Below, in pieces: positions 1-14,200 of a stretch of DNA of 64,000 nucleotides (its first letter is position 1; every line of letters begins with the position of its first letter). The stretch comes from Tubiluchus corallicola (Eukaryota; Animalia; Priapulida): contig JAQGDQ010000153.1 of the NCBI GenBank assembly GCA_030141605.1, forward strand, positions 62,001-126,000, written 5' to 3'. Position numbers and translations under genes: made by a program. The notes under the pieces are model-generated. The model did no database searches. It was not told the origin of the DNA and saw only the letters and a list, made by a program, of their open reading frames with translations.

Positions 1-639
1 TGTTATTTAGGTAATAACTAATAATACCTTTTCTAACTTCGTTACATGAAACATTGTGTTTTGACATTGGTCAAATTTAATGTTCATCTGTGAAGTACAG
101 CTAGAGCAGATTTTTGTAAATGAAAGTATTACCTTCACCGATCATGAATAAGATCATTTTCCTGCTTGTTAATCATTTAACACTTTATAATAACTTAGAA
201 TAAAACGTGAAATGTTATACAATTTTACTTGACCATTGCGAGAGGTTTGTGTGGAAAATGTATGTAGTGAGGAATACCTAGATTTGTCAGCAAGTTCAGA
301 CGAAGTTGCAGAAACAGCTATGAAGTCTGGGAGAAAATTCTAATTATATGTTGTTATGACAAATTCTCTTACTGCCTCATTTTTCTTCCTCCCTCATTCT
401 ATTTTTCCTGCACATTTTGTCCTTCCACTTCTCTCTGTCTTCCTTTCTCCATCACCCATGTAATATTTTTAACTGGTTCAGGCGAAATATTTACCTGTTT
501 TGTTGTAATTATATGGTAGTGCCAAAACGATGGTGTCAGCATTTGTCATTGTCTTGGAATCTTTAGTCTTTGTCTGTTTTATTAGCTTTGTTCCCACATA
601 TATAGGCTTAATTCATGGTCCAGCATAATTCACTCCAGA

Positions 640-1040
640 CCAAAAACAGTGTCCTAACTTTCTCAAAACGAAATGTCACCTAAAACCAGGCTACGGTACC
701 ATTGATTGTTGGAATGTGTAGGAAAATGTATACAAAACTCCTTGGTCATATACGAACAAGCTAAATGTGTTAAAAGTTCCAGCACATTAACAAAAATGAA
801 CTGAAGGCCAGCTACTATACCCTATGTGCATGAAAGACGATGGTACTACGGTCGCTTCACTCAATGTGGAAGATAAGCCAAGAAACACCATAAATGGGTG
901 AACTGAAAAGTATTGTAAACCCAAGAGAATGTGAGAAAAGGATGAATAAAAACATCAAAATGGGAAAAGATACTTAAAAGAATAGCAATTCAAACAGACG
1001 AGCCTTCCCACCAGCAGGTGCTTGGTACACTGGGTGGAAA
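640..1040 (+). mobile_element. Possible RTE-like LINE 3' relic
   Basis: Broken frames give KLLGHI..., RRWYYG..., KPKRM*EKD, reminiscent of the RTE C-terminus (LRWYGH...RGRPRRxWxxDI); very decayed. Confidence 0.3.
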
Positions 1041-1827
1041 AAGTCGATAGTCCAAGTCAATGACACGGTATTTCAATATAATAATCGAGAAGTATCCTAA
1101 GAACATTCTGTATGGGTTAAAAAAGTTTATAGTTAACTAAGAAGTAATCTAAACAACTAGAACTAGAATATGAAATCTAACAACACACTTTTCAGCATTG
1201 ATATTAAATATAAAGACACTAGGTGACACTAAGTCCAGAAAATCGATAACACAAACGTGATGACCAACACTCTAGGTAAATTAGGCTGTCTATCAATTTT
1301 CAAAACATTAAGTGTTAAATGAGACAGTTACTTGTTGCTGCATACAGTGTAAAATATACTATTACACAACTATAGAAAACAAAATGATTGACCAGTCAAC
1401 TCCATATATCTTGAACACCACATTACACAAATCCACAACAACAGCATTTAAAACAATGCATTCTAATATGTTATACAAGGCACTTGGTCTAATTATGATG
1501 TTACCATTGTGTGATAATAGTTACGAAAACGTTTTATAACTGGATTGATGGTAAAAAACTTGGAACAGCAATGAAAATAATTTTAAAATCAATTTAATAA
1601 TTTTAATCATTCACAAATTATTGAATACGTAAGAGTCCAGGCAAATAAATGCAAAAAAATATTTTGGAAGCTTAAAACATTATAATAGAAAACTCTGACA
1701 AGTGACAGACAGCAAAAGCTACTAATGTACTACATAACCAAACATTGTCTATGAGAAAATTTCATTTCTATTTCTAAATGATGATATCTGCAAGTATTTA
1801 CAAAATGCATTTGTGAAACTTAATATA

Positions 1828-4800
1828 TTAGCTATCTGATTCGGCTTGACTATCAGACTCTGTCTGCAGATTAGCCTTTTCTTCTAAATTTGCTTTGGCT
1901 TTCCTCAGTACTTTGTGAGTTTTTGATACTGAAAAAAAGAACAAGCATTGATAATTTTCACGTTGAGCAAATTATAACTTAAATATTACATTGGTCAAAA
2001 ACTTTTTGATGAAAGTTAGACGAATACCTACAAATAAAACTAAATAAAGTTCAAAGTTGATATACTGTACAATATAATAAGTTATATATTTGCAAGATTT
2101 AAGGTGCAAAGATGGAAATATAAGCTATAATCCACTTACACTGAGGCCTGTTACAACGAGCCTCTAGTTAACACATACAGGTTGTGTTACATACAGCAGC
2201 AAAATTAAAAAAAAACATCAATTCTTAGGCGAAATAAAATATTTAAACCTTACTTACAGCAATATGACGTGATTCTGCTCATTACAAGGGAATTTTACAC
2301 CTCATTATTATACTTCTCTTGCATATAATAAGCGCGAGTTCTAGAACAATGGGCACACCATTCACCAAGGGCAAAAAGATCACCCTTGGAGATGAAACAA
2401 TGTGTATCAAGTACAACAGTGGTGGCTCTGCAGCTACTTGTGCTGCTGTAATTATAACTTACAGTCAGAATGAAGCGAGCACAAAAAAGGAAATGATGCA
2501 GTTGAAGCCATTGCTAAACTTTAGCAATTTTTTGTGTCATCGTCAGCAACTCATGCCTTTCAAAATTTGACAGCTAACTGAATAAAGCTGTAGTACAATT
2601 TCATGTAAAGCAGGCAAAAATAACCGTTTTTCAAAAAGAAAACTGCTTTGCTTTGCAAAATAAATAAATCTATGACTTCACATTAATTAACACACAGGCT
2701 AGTCAGACTGTCTACTTAGCTATGAGATGATGTATGTAGGACCGTAGGTTAATGTAAGCCCATGGTAAAATGTGTATAATCATAACTTATACTGTGCCTG
2801 CACAGCTACTTAAATAGCCATGTGCTGGCTATTGGCTGTGACATTGCTATAACAAGACTCGGTCATAGCGAGCAGTTTGGTGGTCCCTTGAAACTCGTTA
2901 GAAGTGCATTATCAGTAAACTTACTATTTAACCTTTATCCGATCAGTTTAGTAATTTTGTTCAGCAAAAAATGTTTGAAAACTAGTCTTTTAAATTTCAA
3001 AAGCATCTGCTCTTACTCCCCATGTTTAATTTTCTTTAAATTTTACTATGATACTACCTGGCCAAACCAAGCATATCAACAAGTTAAGAAGCAATTTGCA
3101 ATACAGTATTGGTATTGAAATTTCAAAATAAATTATGGTTGCACAGCTTTGCTCCCTTGAAAACGATTTAACATCATTACACTTCGAGTTGATTACACGA
3201 TTTAAACTCTAGTCATTCGTTATTAATCGTGTCATTTTACTGCATTAATTGGTGTGATTAGATAATTCTGTACAAAAACACAGCACGTTTTTCTATTAAC
3301 TGTTTTATCAATGAGATCGTATTTTTATCGTACTTTTAGATACAATACTTGAAATTTTTGAAACCAAGTGTTATGGAAGTTTCTAAAATGTGCTCTTCCA
3401 AGAATAAAAAATTCTTGAAAAAGATCAATTATTCCACATACTTACATTGTTTGACAATTGCCTTTTCCATCCCTACTTTGACTTTACTATGAGCCTGTAA
3501 CAAAAAGCAACAGCTTTATTTTCAATAACTGTACATAGCATGATGCCAGTCCAATGCTGAATAGAGAATGTATTATAGCAACAGCAGCAGATAAACAGAA
3601 ACTGGTAAATGATATTGAGTTGAATGTCACATAACACCCTGTTACAATTCAGATAAGTCAATATGGCAGACATGCGCATTTTACTGATTTGTGTCTTTTA
3701 ACAGAAGTGGACTAATTTAGCGATTATGTTATAAAAAAGTATTTTGGGCAAATAGTTTTTAGGGTATTATTAAATAAAACACAACTACACAAATTTACGT
3801 TAATTACATTAAAAGCACTTTTAGTTCAAGCAAAAATACTGATGAAACAGAAAGGAGTTCTTAACTGTCATAAAACTGTATGACGATGAACCTCGATAAA
3901 TACTAAGAAAAGTCTAAAAAATAAGACGGAAAACTAAACATACGTGAATAATAAGAAATTTATAAAATTTGCAACAGTCTTTGGCTAATTACCTCGAGCT
4001 TGTTTAGTGCATTGCTGAGTAGTGCATCCCGTGACTGCAACCGTTTGTTCATCTTTTCCATCATTTTACGCAGTGCACAATTCTGAAACAAAGTATTTTA
4101 AATTTTCGTTTCATTGCCAAAACAGTTATCAATATCTGCAGTTTACTTAGAAAATTTATTATATTTATTTATTTATATATTAATAAATTTTATCATGGGC
4201 TAAAGTTCCAAGACTAATCACTGATATGTGCACTTCTGTCCAACATGAAACAGCAGCAGATAAATGTAACAGTATGCTAGCGAAATACCTTAATTAAAAT
4301 TGCCAAACAAATCTTCAGAAAAATCACTGACTGCTATGTGTCAACATTCGTGCATGTTTTAAAACATTAACAAACTCCTCGTAAGCTTGAAAAAAGAGAT
4401 GAATAAATTTACTGGGCACAGAGGGATCGAATCAAGTGTAAAGGGTACATTGAGATCAAATAAGTGCAGGAAATTATAAAAAGTGTTTACATTGCCTTTT
4501 TATTTGTTTTAGTGGCATTAATAGTGTTATCCTAAAATAGAACAAGATTTCTGTACTTCTTCTACTAGAAGCCTATTGTGAATTGTCTCAACATCGCCAT
4601 CCCGAGTTGGCAGCTCTGACGTCCAAAACAGTCTAATCAAACGATAACATTCAGAAAGGTAGGTATGAACCTGGGTGGCACTGGTTAATACAGCTTGGAG
4701 AGTAGCATACTCAGCTCCCTGGAAAACAAACAGACAATCTAAACAATGTAGTTTCCCCTATATGTGCATATATACAATCTCAGGCCATAAAAGTGTTATA

Positions 4801-5237
4801 ATGCATGTTTGCTAATAAATTTTTGCATTTACGTTTTTTATACAGGACTGTAACACCTGAAGAACGAGATCTGACGAAAACGACTTCCAGAGCTCTACGA
4901 GAACAATCAGCTACAATTTGGCATTATTACGGATATTATACAGAAACAATTTAGAAACTTACATTTTCTTGTTAGCCAATAAAGCTATTTACAGCAGTAG
5001 TTTTTAAAGCCAAAACAGCTATAATTATCAAAGATGCTGGCAATAAATGGTAAATAAAACTTTTGCATACCCGAGAACCAGTATCACTTGACTTGAGATG
5101 TTCTTTCACTCTTGTTTCAATGCCAGTAATTATGGATTTGCATTCCGCTATCTCCCGAGTGAGTAGTTCATAGTCGTCTATCCGTCCTACGCTGTACAAC
5201 ATCCTGTGTTCTGTGTTCACGGTTATACCTGTGCCAT
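1828..5237 (-). CDS. CDK5RAP2: Exons 29-33: C-terminal CM2 (centrosome-targeting) region
   Basis: LYSVGRIDDYELLTREIAECK...LSECYRLIRLFWTSELP...AHSKVKVGMEKAIVKQ|LSKTHKVLRKAKANLEEK...SDS* matches the CDK5RAP2/myomegalin/Cnn C-terminus (QLxKTHxVLxKARxNL). Stop TAA at 1830-1828. Confidence 0.9.
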
Positions 5238-8200
5238 CTACAGCAATACAACAATGACAGGTATGTGGTACATTACAGGGGAAACAGCAGATTTATATTT
5301 TTGATTGTAAACTGCACTCAAAATATTTATTCTTATCGTTTGAAAGCTAATTTAACTTACAGTTATTAGTAAATTATTGTGCTTGCAGTAGTATAAATAC
5401 AGTAACAGTAAACTAATTTTAATGTTACACAGACATTTTACTGTTTAGGATAAGAAGTTTAACTCTTTAACTATGGAAGGCGGCAGACTGCCGCCTATGC
5501 TTTTCATGTAAGGGACGGAAGGTGGTACACTGCCTAACGAGTTCAGCACTAAGCACAGTCGCTCAGGTATGTTTATTGTACTGCTACAGCCATGCAAAAA
5601 CATTGTAGAAAAGTGTAACGAACGTGGAATTGGGGTTGCTTCGCAACAAGTAATGCTAACCAGCCAATCAGTGTCTGAAGCCAGGTGCATTCCACAATAC
5701 TATACTGTGATGAGTACGTTTTCACACAAAATCACTTCGTGACGGTTGGTGAAAGCTATGTTTAGTCGCTTGTTCTGCATTTGTTATAAAATGATTGCAT
5801 CATATGGATTAGTATTATGACTTTTGTGAAAATTGTTTCTAAATATAAGTATGTGCTACTCTGTGTGAGTGTGCACGTGTGTGGGTGCGGACGTGAGTGC
5901 ATGCATGAGAGCGTATATGTGTACAAATAAAACGAATATTTAATATTAGCATTTACTAACAAACGAGTACCTGCATTATTTACAAGATTGTGTTTTAGTA
6001 ACGCATCACAAGAAGTTATTGTCAAATGATCAAAACGTAATACGGCCCAGTTAAAAAGCAACGAGGTAGTGAAAGGGTTAATGGAGTTAAATTGAGCTTG
6101 CTGTAAAGTTTATCAAAGTAAGTACAATACTACAGCGACACGCTTCTGAACATCAATAAGCTTTCCCAGTTCACCTTCACTACACACAAGAATCCCAACT
6201 GAAATATCACAGCATGCCTAGAATAGAACCATTACTTTTCCATAAAATTCCTCCCTGTTACTGTGCGAACAATAAAAAAATTAATGAGAAGTACAGCAAA
6301 CACGGTTTTATCTAATTTTATTATAAAATTTGCATATTGACAAGAAAGCGAATGGACAAGAACTCATTTGTATTTCACATTCTATACAAAAAACAGTGTG
6401 TCACAACATCCTTAGAAGCAACTTCATGCAAAAAATGTGCATCAAAATTTCATCACGGCTATTTCATTACAATGGGCGGACAAGCACAGTAGCACCAGAA
6501 AAAAGGAAGCGTAAATTTTCTGTAAATTTTGAGCCCAAATAAAGTGAGAAATGAAAAATATGCTTCATTTTATGGTTTAGCCATCATGAATAAGCGAAAA
6601 CCACAAACAATAGAGCAGATATTACCAATCAAACTAACTAACACTATTACCAATGCAAAAACATAAAAAATAAGTAAATTCACAAATGTAATATGAAAAT
6701 AGGCTTCAAAATCTCCGAAAGTCAAAAACGCTTTTGCCACTAGAGTTCTAAGTGGCAAATTAGATACTGAGCCTATATTATAATATTATTAGTATATCTC
6801 AGTTTTCAAATGAAATACATGTTACTGTCGTGCACTAATCAAATGTTTACAGAAAAAAGGTCTCACCAAAATAAACTCGACTGACATCATCCAGGCTCAT
6901 CGCACGACGGGAAGATGATAGTGCAGAGAATGAGTGAAGTGGATCCGATTCATCCAAAAGCGATTGGAGGTGAAGATTTGGCAGTCGCATTTCTGCCCCT
7001 GCACTTCCTTTTGAAATATGTCTGAGAAAAAACAGTATGAATGATAACACCTCCATGCATGTAAATTGCACAGACAAAATACAGTAAAGCCTTGCTTAAC
7101 AATTCACCAGAACAATTTACCATTTGTATTAACAAGGACAAAATTTTACTACATTTTTTTGTCTCCCCACTCATTTCAAGGAGGACAATTTCTATGTTTG
7201 ATATTTAACTTAGAAATTTCATAACAGAGTTTCAGTATTCATAAAATAATTCACTGAACCGTAGAGGTAAACAAGGGATTCAAATGAGACTCTGCCACTT
7301 GTGAATGTGTTTTATCCGGAGCAACTAGGAAATAATAGTTAAGCACAACAGCGAGTTCACTGCGGCACGTAACCTTATAATTGGTTACACAGATATATGA
7401 AGTAATAGGTGGCAGCACTAGTAAAAAATCACTGAAGCTTGCCACATTGCTAAGATTTTATTTCAAAAGGCAAAACATCGCATACACTCTACTGTGCAAA
7501 ATAATGAACAAATTTAGGACATGTAGGACACACGAGAGACAACAACATGTTATTTGGAGAATTCAGGTAAGAAGGTCTTACTAGAACGAGCCATAAATAA
7601 TTTTGAAATGACAGGTCACACAAATGTAGACATTAAATCTGTACATACTATAAGCACACAACATCATTTCTAATCATTATAAAAAGCTTGAAATTTGACT
7701 CTTATTTAACGGTTTGTAAACAACTATACTGTTGCTTATAAAAAGAAAAAATGACGAAAGCACTTGTGTTCTTCTCTCATACAAACCTTTCCCGCTCAAT
7801 ATCACTAGGAACATCATTATGACCGACACCGACACCACTGCTACTCCGTGGCAAGCTAGCACTCCGCTGGTGAAAACCAGTCAACGACACTCGATCCTGG
7901 AATCTTCCCTCATGACCAGCACTGTTCGATTCGAAAGAATTAACCTCCCGCCGGAATAAAGGAGAAGCATTACGCCATCCCGCTTTGCGATCACTCTTCT
8001 TTTGCATGTCCATATTATTGTTGTTCGCATTCTCTTTGTCTACAGTTGTACACTGGATGCCAGTCTCGCGAAGTATAAGCCGGTCTGGCTGTTTTTGGCT
8101 AGAATGTGGCACCAACATGCTTTGAAGTGAAGCCAATTCTCGGTCACGATCTGAGCGTGACTGAACTTGAGTTGAAGCTTCCCGTGATGAAATCTAAACA

Positions 8201-11200
8201 TAAAATAGGTAAAAATTAAAAGTGTTATAGAATTATCAAGATTGACTGTAAAAATAATAAGGAAAAACCATTTTGCTGCATATGCATCTTTGCTGGGTGG
8301 TCATTGGAAACAAACTATTTAGCATTTAGCAACGTGTAAAAAACACCATTTTGCACATTTTGGATTACATTTCAAAGCTTTCAGAAAGCCAGGTTTTTCT
8401 GATATACACTTTTCCGTCTCAAATGAGCTCAGCTAGCTAACCCTGCTGAAAACAGTCATCCATGCTCAAAATCTAAGGGAAACTTGACGATAATTGTGAA
8501 AAATCCACCTTCTGTGATCCATTTAAGCTCAAATTCAAAATAATTTATTGATTTATCATGTGTCATAATAAATAACCTTAGTTCAAAGTCATAACAATGG
8601 TGTTAAACTCTAGCACTATTATACTTGCACAAGTAAAAAAGTGTGCAACTCAAATGCAATTTGTAAAAGGTTGGTAAATTGGATACCTCAAATTTGCATT
8701 TTGTCATACAGTGCCACTCATACAGATGAGGTAATTCAATCGAACTCCTCCCCATCTACCACCCAGTGTGGGTTTCACTTACCTGCTGCTTAAACCTTAG
8801 AAGGAATATAATGTCAAATCATAAAAAATTGATCTCTGACTTTGATCAGTACTTTTCAAGTCACTGATTAACCTAGACTACTAGAATCAACTGACCAGTT
8901 GAACAAATGTGGGCTACTAACACCTCACAGTATCGCAGTTACTTAAATGACAAATTGTGCAGGAAAAACATAACTCATCTAAAAGCAGCAATATTTCCCA
9001 TACAATGACAGATGCTAATAGCGAAGATGAAATATTTATTATCTATTTCACGATTTTGCGGCCATTATCACTTAATGAGCAATATACTAAAAAGACAATC
9101 ACATAAAATCATTTTTAAATCAATAAATGTCCTTGGAAAAAAATGTACAACATAAGGCAATTTAAAAAAAATACCTTTACCACCGGCATAGCAGGTGATA
9201 CCACCTGGTTGCCAAACTTGGTAACTTGTTCCTGCAATACACTTCGCAAAGTATTGTTGTTTTCAATGCTGCCCTCTAATTGCTCTCTTAAGCAACGAAT
9301 CTCTCCAAGTAACTGCAAAAGCTCTTTTGCATCAATAGCATTTCCTTCCGGTTGCTTGGTAGCTACAAGCAAAAAAGTTATCAGAGATCAGGACATATTA
9401 TATATACTTAATTAGCTTTGAAAACAATACCTCAGTGCTCAGCAATTGTCAGTAAATGTATAGTCAAACATCTTACAAATTAGCTGCAGAGCAAGTAAAA
9501 AGTTTTGCCGCTAAATCCACATTTATGAAATATTTTTTACAAATTTTCTCACTCTTGGACAAAATGTAAATGGCATGCAAACATAAGACAGTAGAAATAT
9601 CACCGTATTCCCAAATATCGTTTTGAACATCTTGAAAAACTTGAACGTTTCGACACTTCCAGAATATGCTACATTTTCCATGTTCTCATCATTAATAAAC
9701 TTTCTCTTACATTACTCCCCCTAGATTGTTAGTTGGTTGCTACTGAAAAGCTCCATTTTACTAGCCTATAAATCTTTAGAGAAATATAAGCCAAAAGACC
9801 ATTGTTTTATTATCTTTAACATGCAAAATGGATGAAATTCGTCTGCAAATTTAAGTTTAGAAATTAACTGTTGAGCAAATATAAAAACTAATAACGTTGC
9901 CAGTGTCACAGTTAACTGTGATCTATGGAACGTTATCCAATCCGAATTCATAACTCAATACGATATGTGTACTCAAGAAGGGAAAGCACTTTCATCAAGT
10001 ACACCACTAAACTAATTAAATCTGAATCTGCACTGTAGCCAAAATTACATTAATCAAATAGAAGGGACAACCAGTTCATCCTGCCTCAAGTAGATATAAA
10101 AATAGTTTTACATCATCAACCGCAGCTCTGTTTAACAACGGGCACTTTGGTACATTGTAAAGTTTTGATTGATTTTTAAGTGTTCAGTATTTTAGGTTAA
10201 GAATGTATAATGCCTATTGTTTTTATGTGCCAGGCTTAAGTCTTATTGCAATTACATGTGACTGTACATTGTATACTCTTAAGTGACAATAACATGCAAA
10301 ATTTACAAATCAACACTAATAATGAATTAACTAATATAGACCAATGGATACAAACAAACTTATTATCAGTAAATTATAGAAAAAACTAAATTCATGTTGT
10401 TCAGCCCTACAAAACACAAGCCAAAACTTCAATAATAATACCATAGATGAAATGGATTATATAAAATATTTAGGCTTATATATTGATGCAAATCTGACAT
10501 GGAAAACACACATAGGTGTAATAAATAGCAAAATAAATAAATGCATTGGAATATTTTACAAATTACGACACTATGTAGACACAAAATTGTTAAAAACTGT
10601 ATACTATGCACTGATTTACCCATACATCCAGTATTGTATTATATCATGGGGTACGGCTAAACAAACAATTTTGAAACCATTAGCAGTCACAGTAAACAAA
10701 ATAATCAAAGCAATAACCTTTACAAAATACAGAGACTATGTAACACCATCATATCATGTACTACGCATTCTAAAACTGCAGGATATATACAAATTAGAAC
10801 TGTTAAAGTTTATGTATAAAGCTAACTATAATATGCTACCAGACCTCTTTCACAGTTATTTTAGTAAAATCAGCAACCACCATGACTACAACACTAGAGC
10901 TGCATAAAAAGGAAATTTATATCAAAAACAATACAAAACAACACATGGCGTCAAAACAATTCAACAAACCGGGACTAAATTGTGGAATACCTTCTCACCT
11001 GAAATTATGATGTCATCTTCTCTGGGCATTGCTTCAAAAAAGTATTTTGAATACCTGATAACTAACTATGCAAATGCCCATCAATAAAGCAATAAAGGTG
11101 GTACTAACACTTATGAGAAATTATGATCTAATATGCATAGTATTTAGAATAATATGATTCATGCTGGCTGCTTGCAGAAGTATGCGTAAGTGGTGAACTA

Positions 11201-14200
11201 ACAAGCATAATATTAATTGGTGAAATCTAAAACAGACTACCAAACTAAATTAGTACTTAAAATTCGCAATATGAATTTTTATTTTCATTCATAATAATGA
11301 TGTCATTTTTATTACAACAAAGTTAAATAGCAGTGCAATGGAGCAAGATATCTGATAATTCTGGTGCTCAAGGTACTGTGATGTTCCATCCTTATTTCTA
11401 TATAGACACATTTGATTATTTTGATGCATGGTTTATTTGATATCTTAGTTCAACATTTTTGTAATTATAATTTCATTTTTTGTTTGATTATTCCATGTGA
11501 TTTTATTCTACATGAAATTAAATTTTTTCCTAATGTATTCACTGTTATCAACTTTTGGCACAATGTGCATTTTGATGCATCGTTATTATTAATATTATTA
11601 TCACATTGTTTTGTTATTTCCACGAACTGATTGCTTATAATTTGCATTTGATTACATAATTCAAGTAATTTCCAGTAATTCTTTTCCAGTGTATTACATA
11701 CGTTACTGCAACTTTTATTGATTACTGATACAAATATGTTTTTTGCTATTTTGATGCATGGTTATTATTACTATTTTTATTATTTTTTTTGTTATTTCGA
11801 TGCACTGTTTTCCTCAAATTAATCTTTCTCCACCCTCTCTCAATTATCATAACAGTATTATTCTCATATAACTATTGTATATTGTTATATGGTGTAAAAG
11901 AGACAAATAAAGTGAACTGAATTGTATATGAGATTTCGTAAATGTCTTCCTATATGTTAATACTGAGTGTGTGATTTTCCAATTTTTTTTATTGTAACAC
12001 TAAAGTGCATCTTTATGCTTTCAAGTGTAATAAATAAATCTGATCTTAAAAAAATTCAACATTTTAACTAGTAGATATTCATTATTGCTTGAAAAATATG
12101 TAAATTTTAGTTGTCTTTAACAATGAACTAATAAGCTGTGACGCAAAAACAATCACACAGCTGAGGTAAGAATAAAGGATGCAATATGAAGGACAGGGGT
12201 ATGAAATGGAGACTTCTAAAGTAAGTTATTAGCATAAAATGTCTAAGGAAACAATTTTGAGAACACACATAATTATCTTGGTTGGTTTACCTGCATCTGG
12301 AGTTATAGTAGTGTCTAGTGTTTTCTCCAATTTTTCGTACATGGAAAGCTCCATCTTCATTGACTTGGTCAGCTCTTTGACTTCGTTTAGCTCTGCTTGT
12401 AGACGTCTAACATCATCTTGTAGTCTTAACGAAAACAAATGATTTTGTTTAAGTCTACAATTTATATCATGACATCACTAAATTGATACGACATCTGGCC
12501 TTCATCCATCAGCACTAGGATTTAAACAAATTGCAAAACCTCTATGTGGTAGCTTTCCAGTTTAGAGCCAAAAGTATCTATCCGCCCTTACAAACAGACA
12601 TTTAAGCCTCACTAATATACTGTAACGGTGTGATGCAATTCCCAGGACTATTGCAGTTAAATATTTGTTAGTTGCATAAGTCAACTGAACAAACATTCAG
12701 TATAGGTGGTTAAAACATTAGCTATATAACAGGCATCAACTATTAAATGGCGCAGTGGTTAGCATGTCTGACGTATGAGGCTGGTTGAGCACTTTCTCTT
12801 AGATTTTATTAAAAAGAGCATCAGACAGAGGACAGTTTTGTCACCTTTGCACTATTGTGTCTATACAAATTACCTAATGAGTATTTAAAAATTCAAATTA
12901 TGGTTAGCATAAGTCTTATGCAATTCATTTGCAGGTATTAGCACTTACTGCTTTTTAATTATGAAAGTAACAGTACACATGGATACATGTTTAGGCCTGT
13001 ATTTACAGATTTGTGTACATTTCTTAGATATACTGTATTGCTGTTACAAAGTAACACAATAACAAATAATAAAAGTAGAAACCAACCATATGTTGTAACT
13101 TCATTGAAAAAGAATAAGTAAGCAACGGACCAAATTCATTATTGCACAAGTCACACTCAATCTGAGACAATTTTAAAATTCATAATTATTATCTTTACAA
13201 CCAGATCTATCCTGACTAATCAAGCAAAGTGGTAGAACATTGGTGTGCTGCACTACACAGTGCTGCCACAGTACTTCAGGCATAATTTGATCATATCATT
13301 ATCTCCAGTGATTGTAGCACTGTACAAAGTAACAATAATAATTTGATAATTTGCCCAGGCGCATACAGAGCTGATGACTAAAGTCAGGCACCTTTTAGTG
13401 TTTTCATCTGCTTCGCTGCTATTCCTCTCAGCAAGTTTGTTTCGCTTGCGTACACTCACAAACTCGTCTTTCAGTTTCTTGTATTTCTCTCGTACTTCCT
13501 TTGTGTATGCTGTCAGCTTAATCTTCTCTTTATCAACCTTGTCCAACTCAGCCTGTAACCTGCGGGAACAACCAAGCAACAAAACTGATACAAATTATAA
13601 TAATAATAGTAACTAGCAAGAGCTCAACTAAAAATGTTGTGCATAAACGGGATGACAATAAACGATGTACAGATTTTCTACATTGAAGCTAGCTTAAATG
13701 CAATGTTTGCATGCAGAGTTTAATAAGTTGCATCACGACAATGGTTTTGCATCTTATGGTTTTCAAGTGAGAGTTCTCTGAAAAGGAACCTGGAACTAAA
13801 ACGTAGTGTTTGTCTTAGTGAAATTGCTTTTATAGAGACGCGGCTAGTCTTGTAGTCCACTATTTCCAAAAAGCTATACATCTTCTCCTCCATTCATCTC
13901 TAGTAAGTGTCAAGCAAATGATTTTCTTGTACCCAGCATTTTGTTTAAATTTTGAAAACACTGTGTACAGAAAACAGCTGATTGAAGAAAACCATCACGA
14001 AATAAAACAAGAACTACTACACCCCTCATCAAACCATTGCAGATTTGACAACTAGCGTGTTCCTATTCTCTCAAACTAAAGTGCATAAATTTGACAAATT
14101 ATGGATGAAAAATGACCAAAGTACACAACAGTGAATTGGGCAAAGTACACAACAATGATGGACAAAAAATGGAATGATATATTTAATTCACTTCTGTCTG

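Noticed and set aside
2319-3118. Plus-strand ORFs of 83 and 98 aa in the last centrosomin intron
   Set aside because: Non-ATG starts and no family motif; the second overlaps a MITE-like fragment (GGTCCCTTGAAACTCGTTA).
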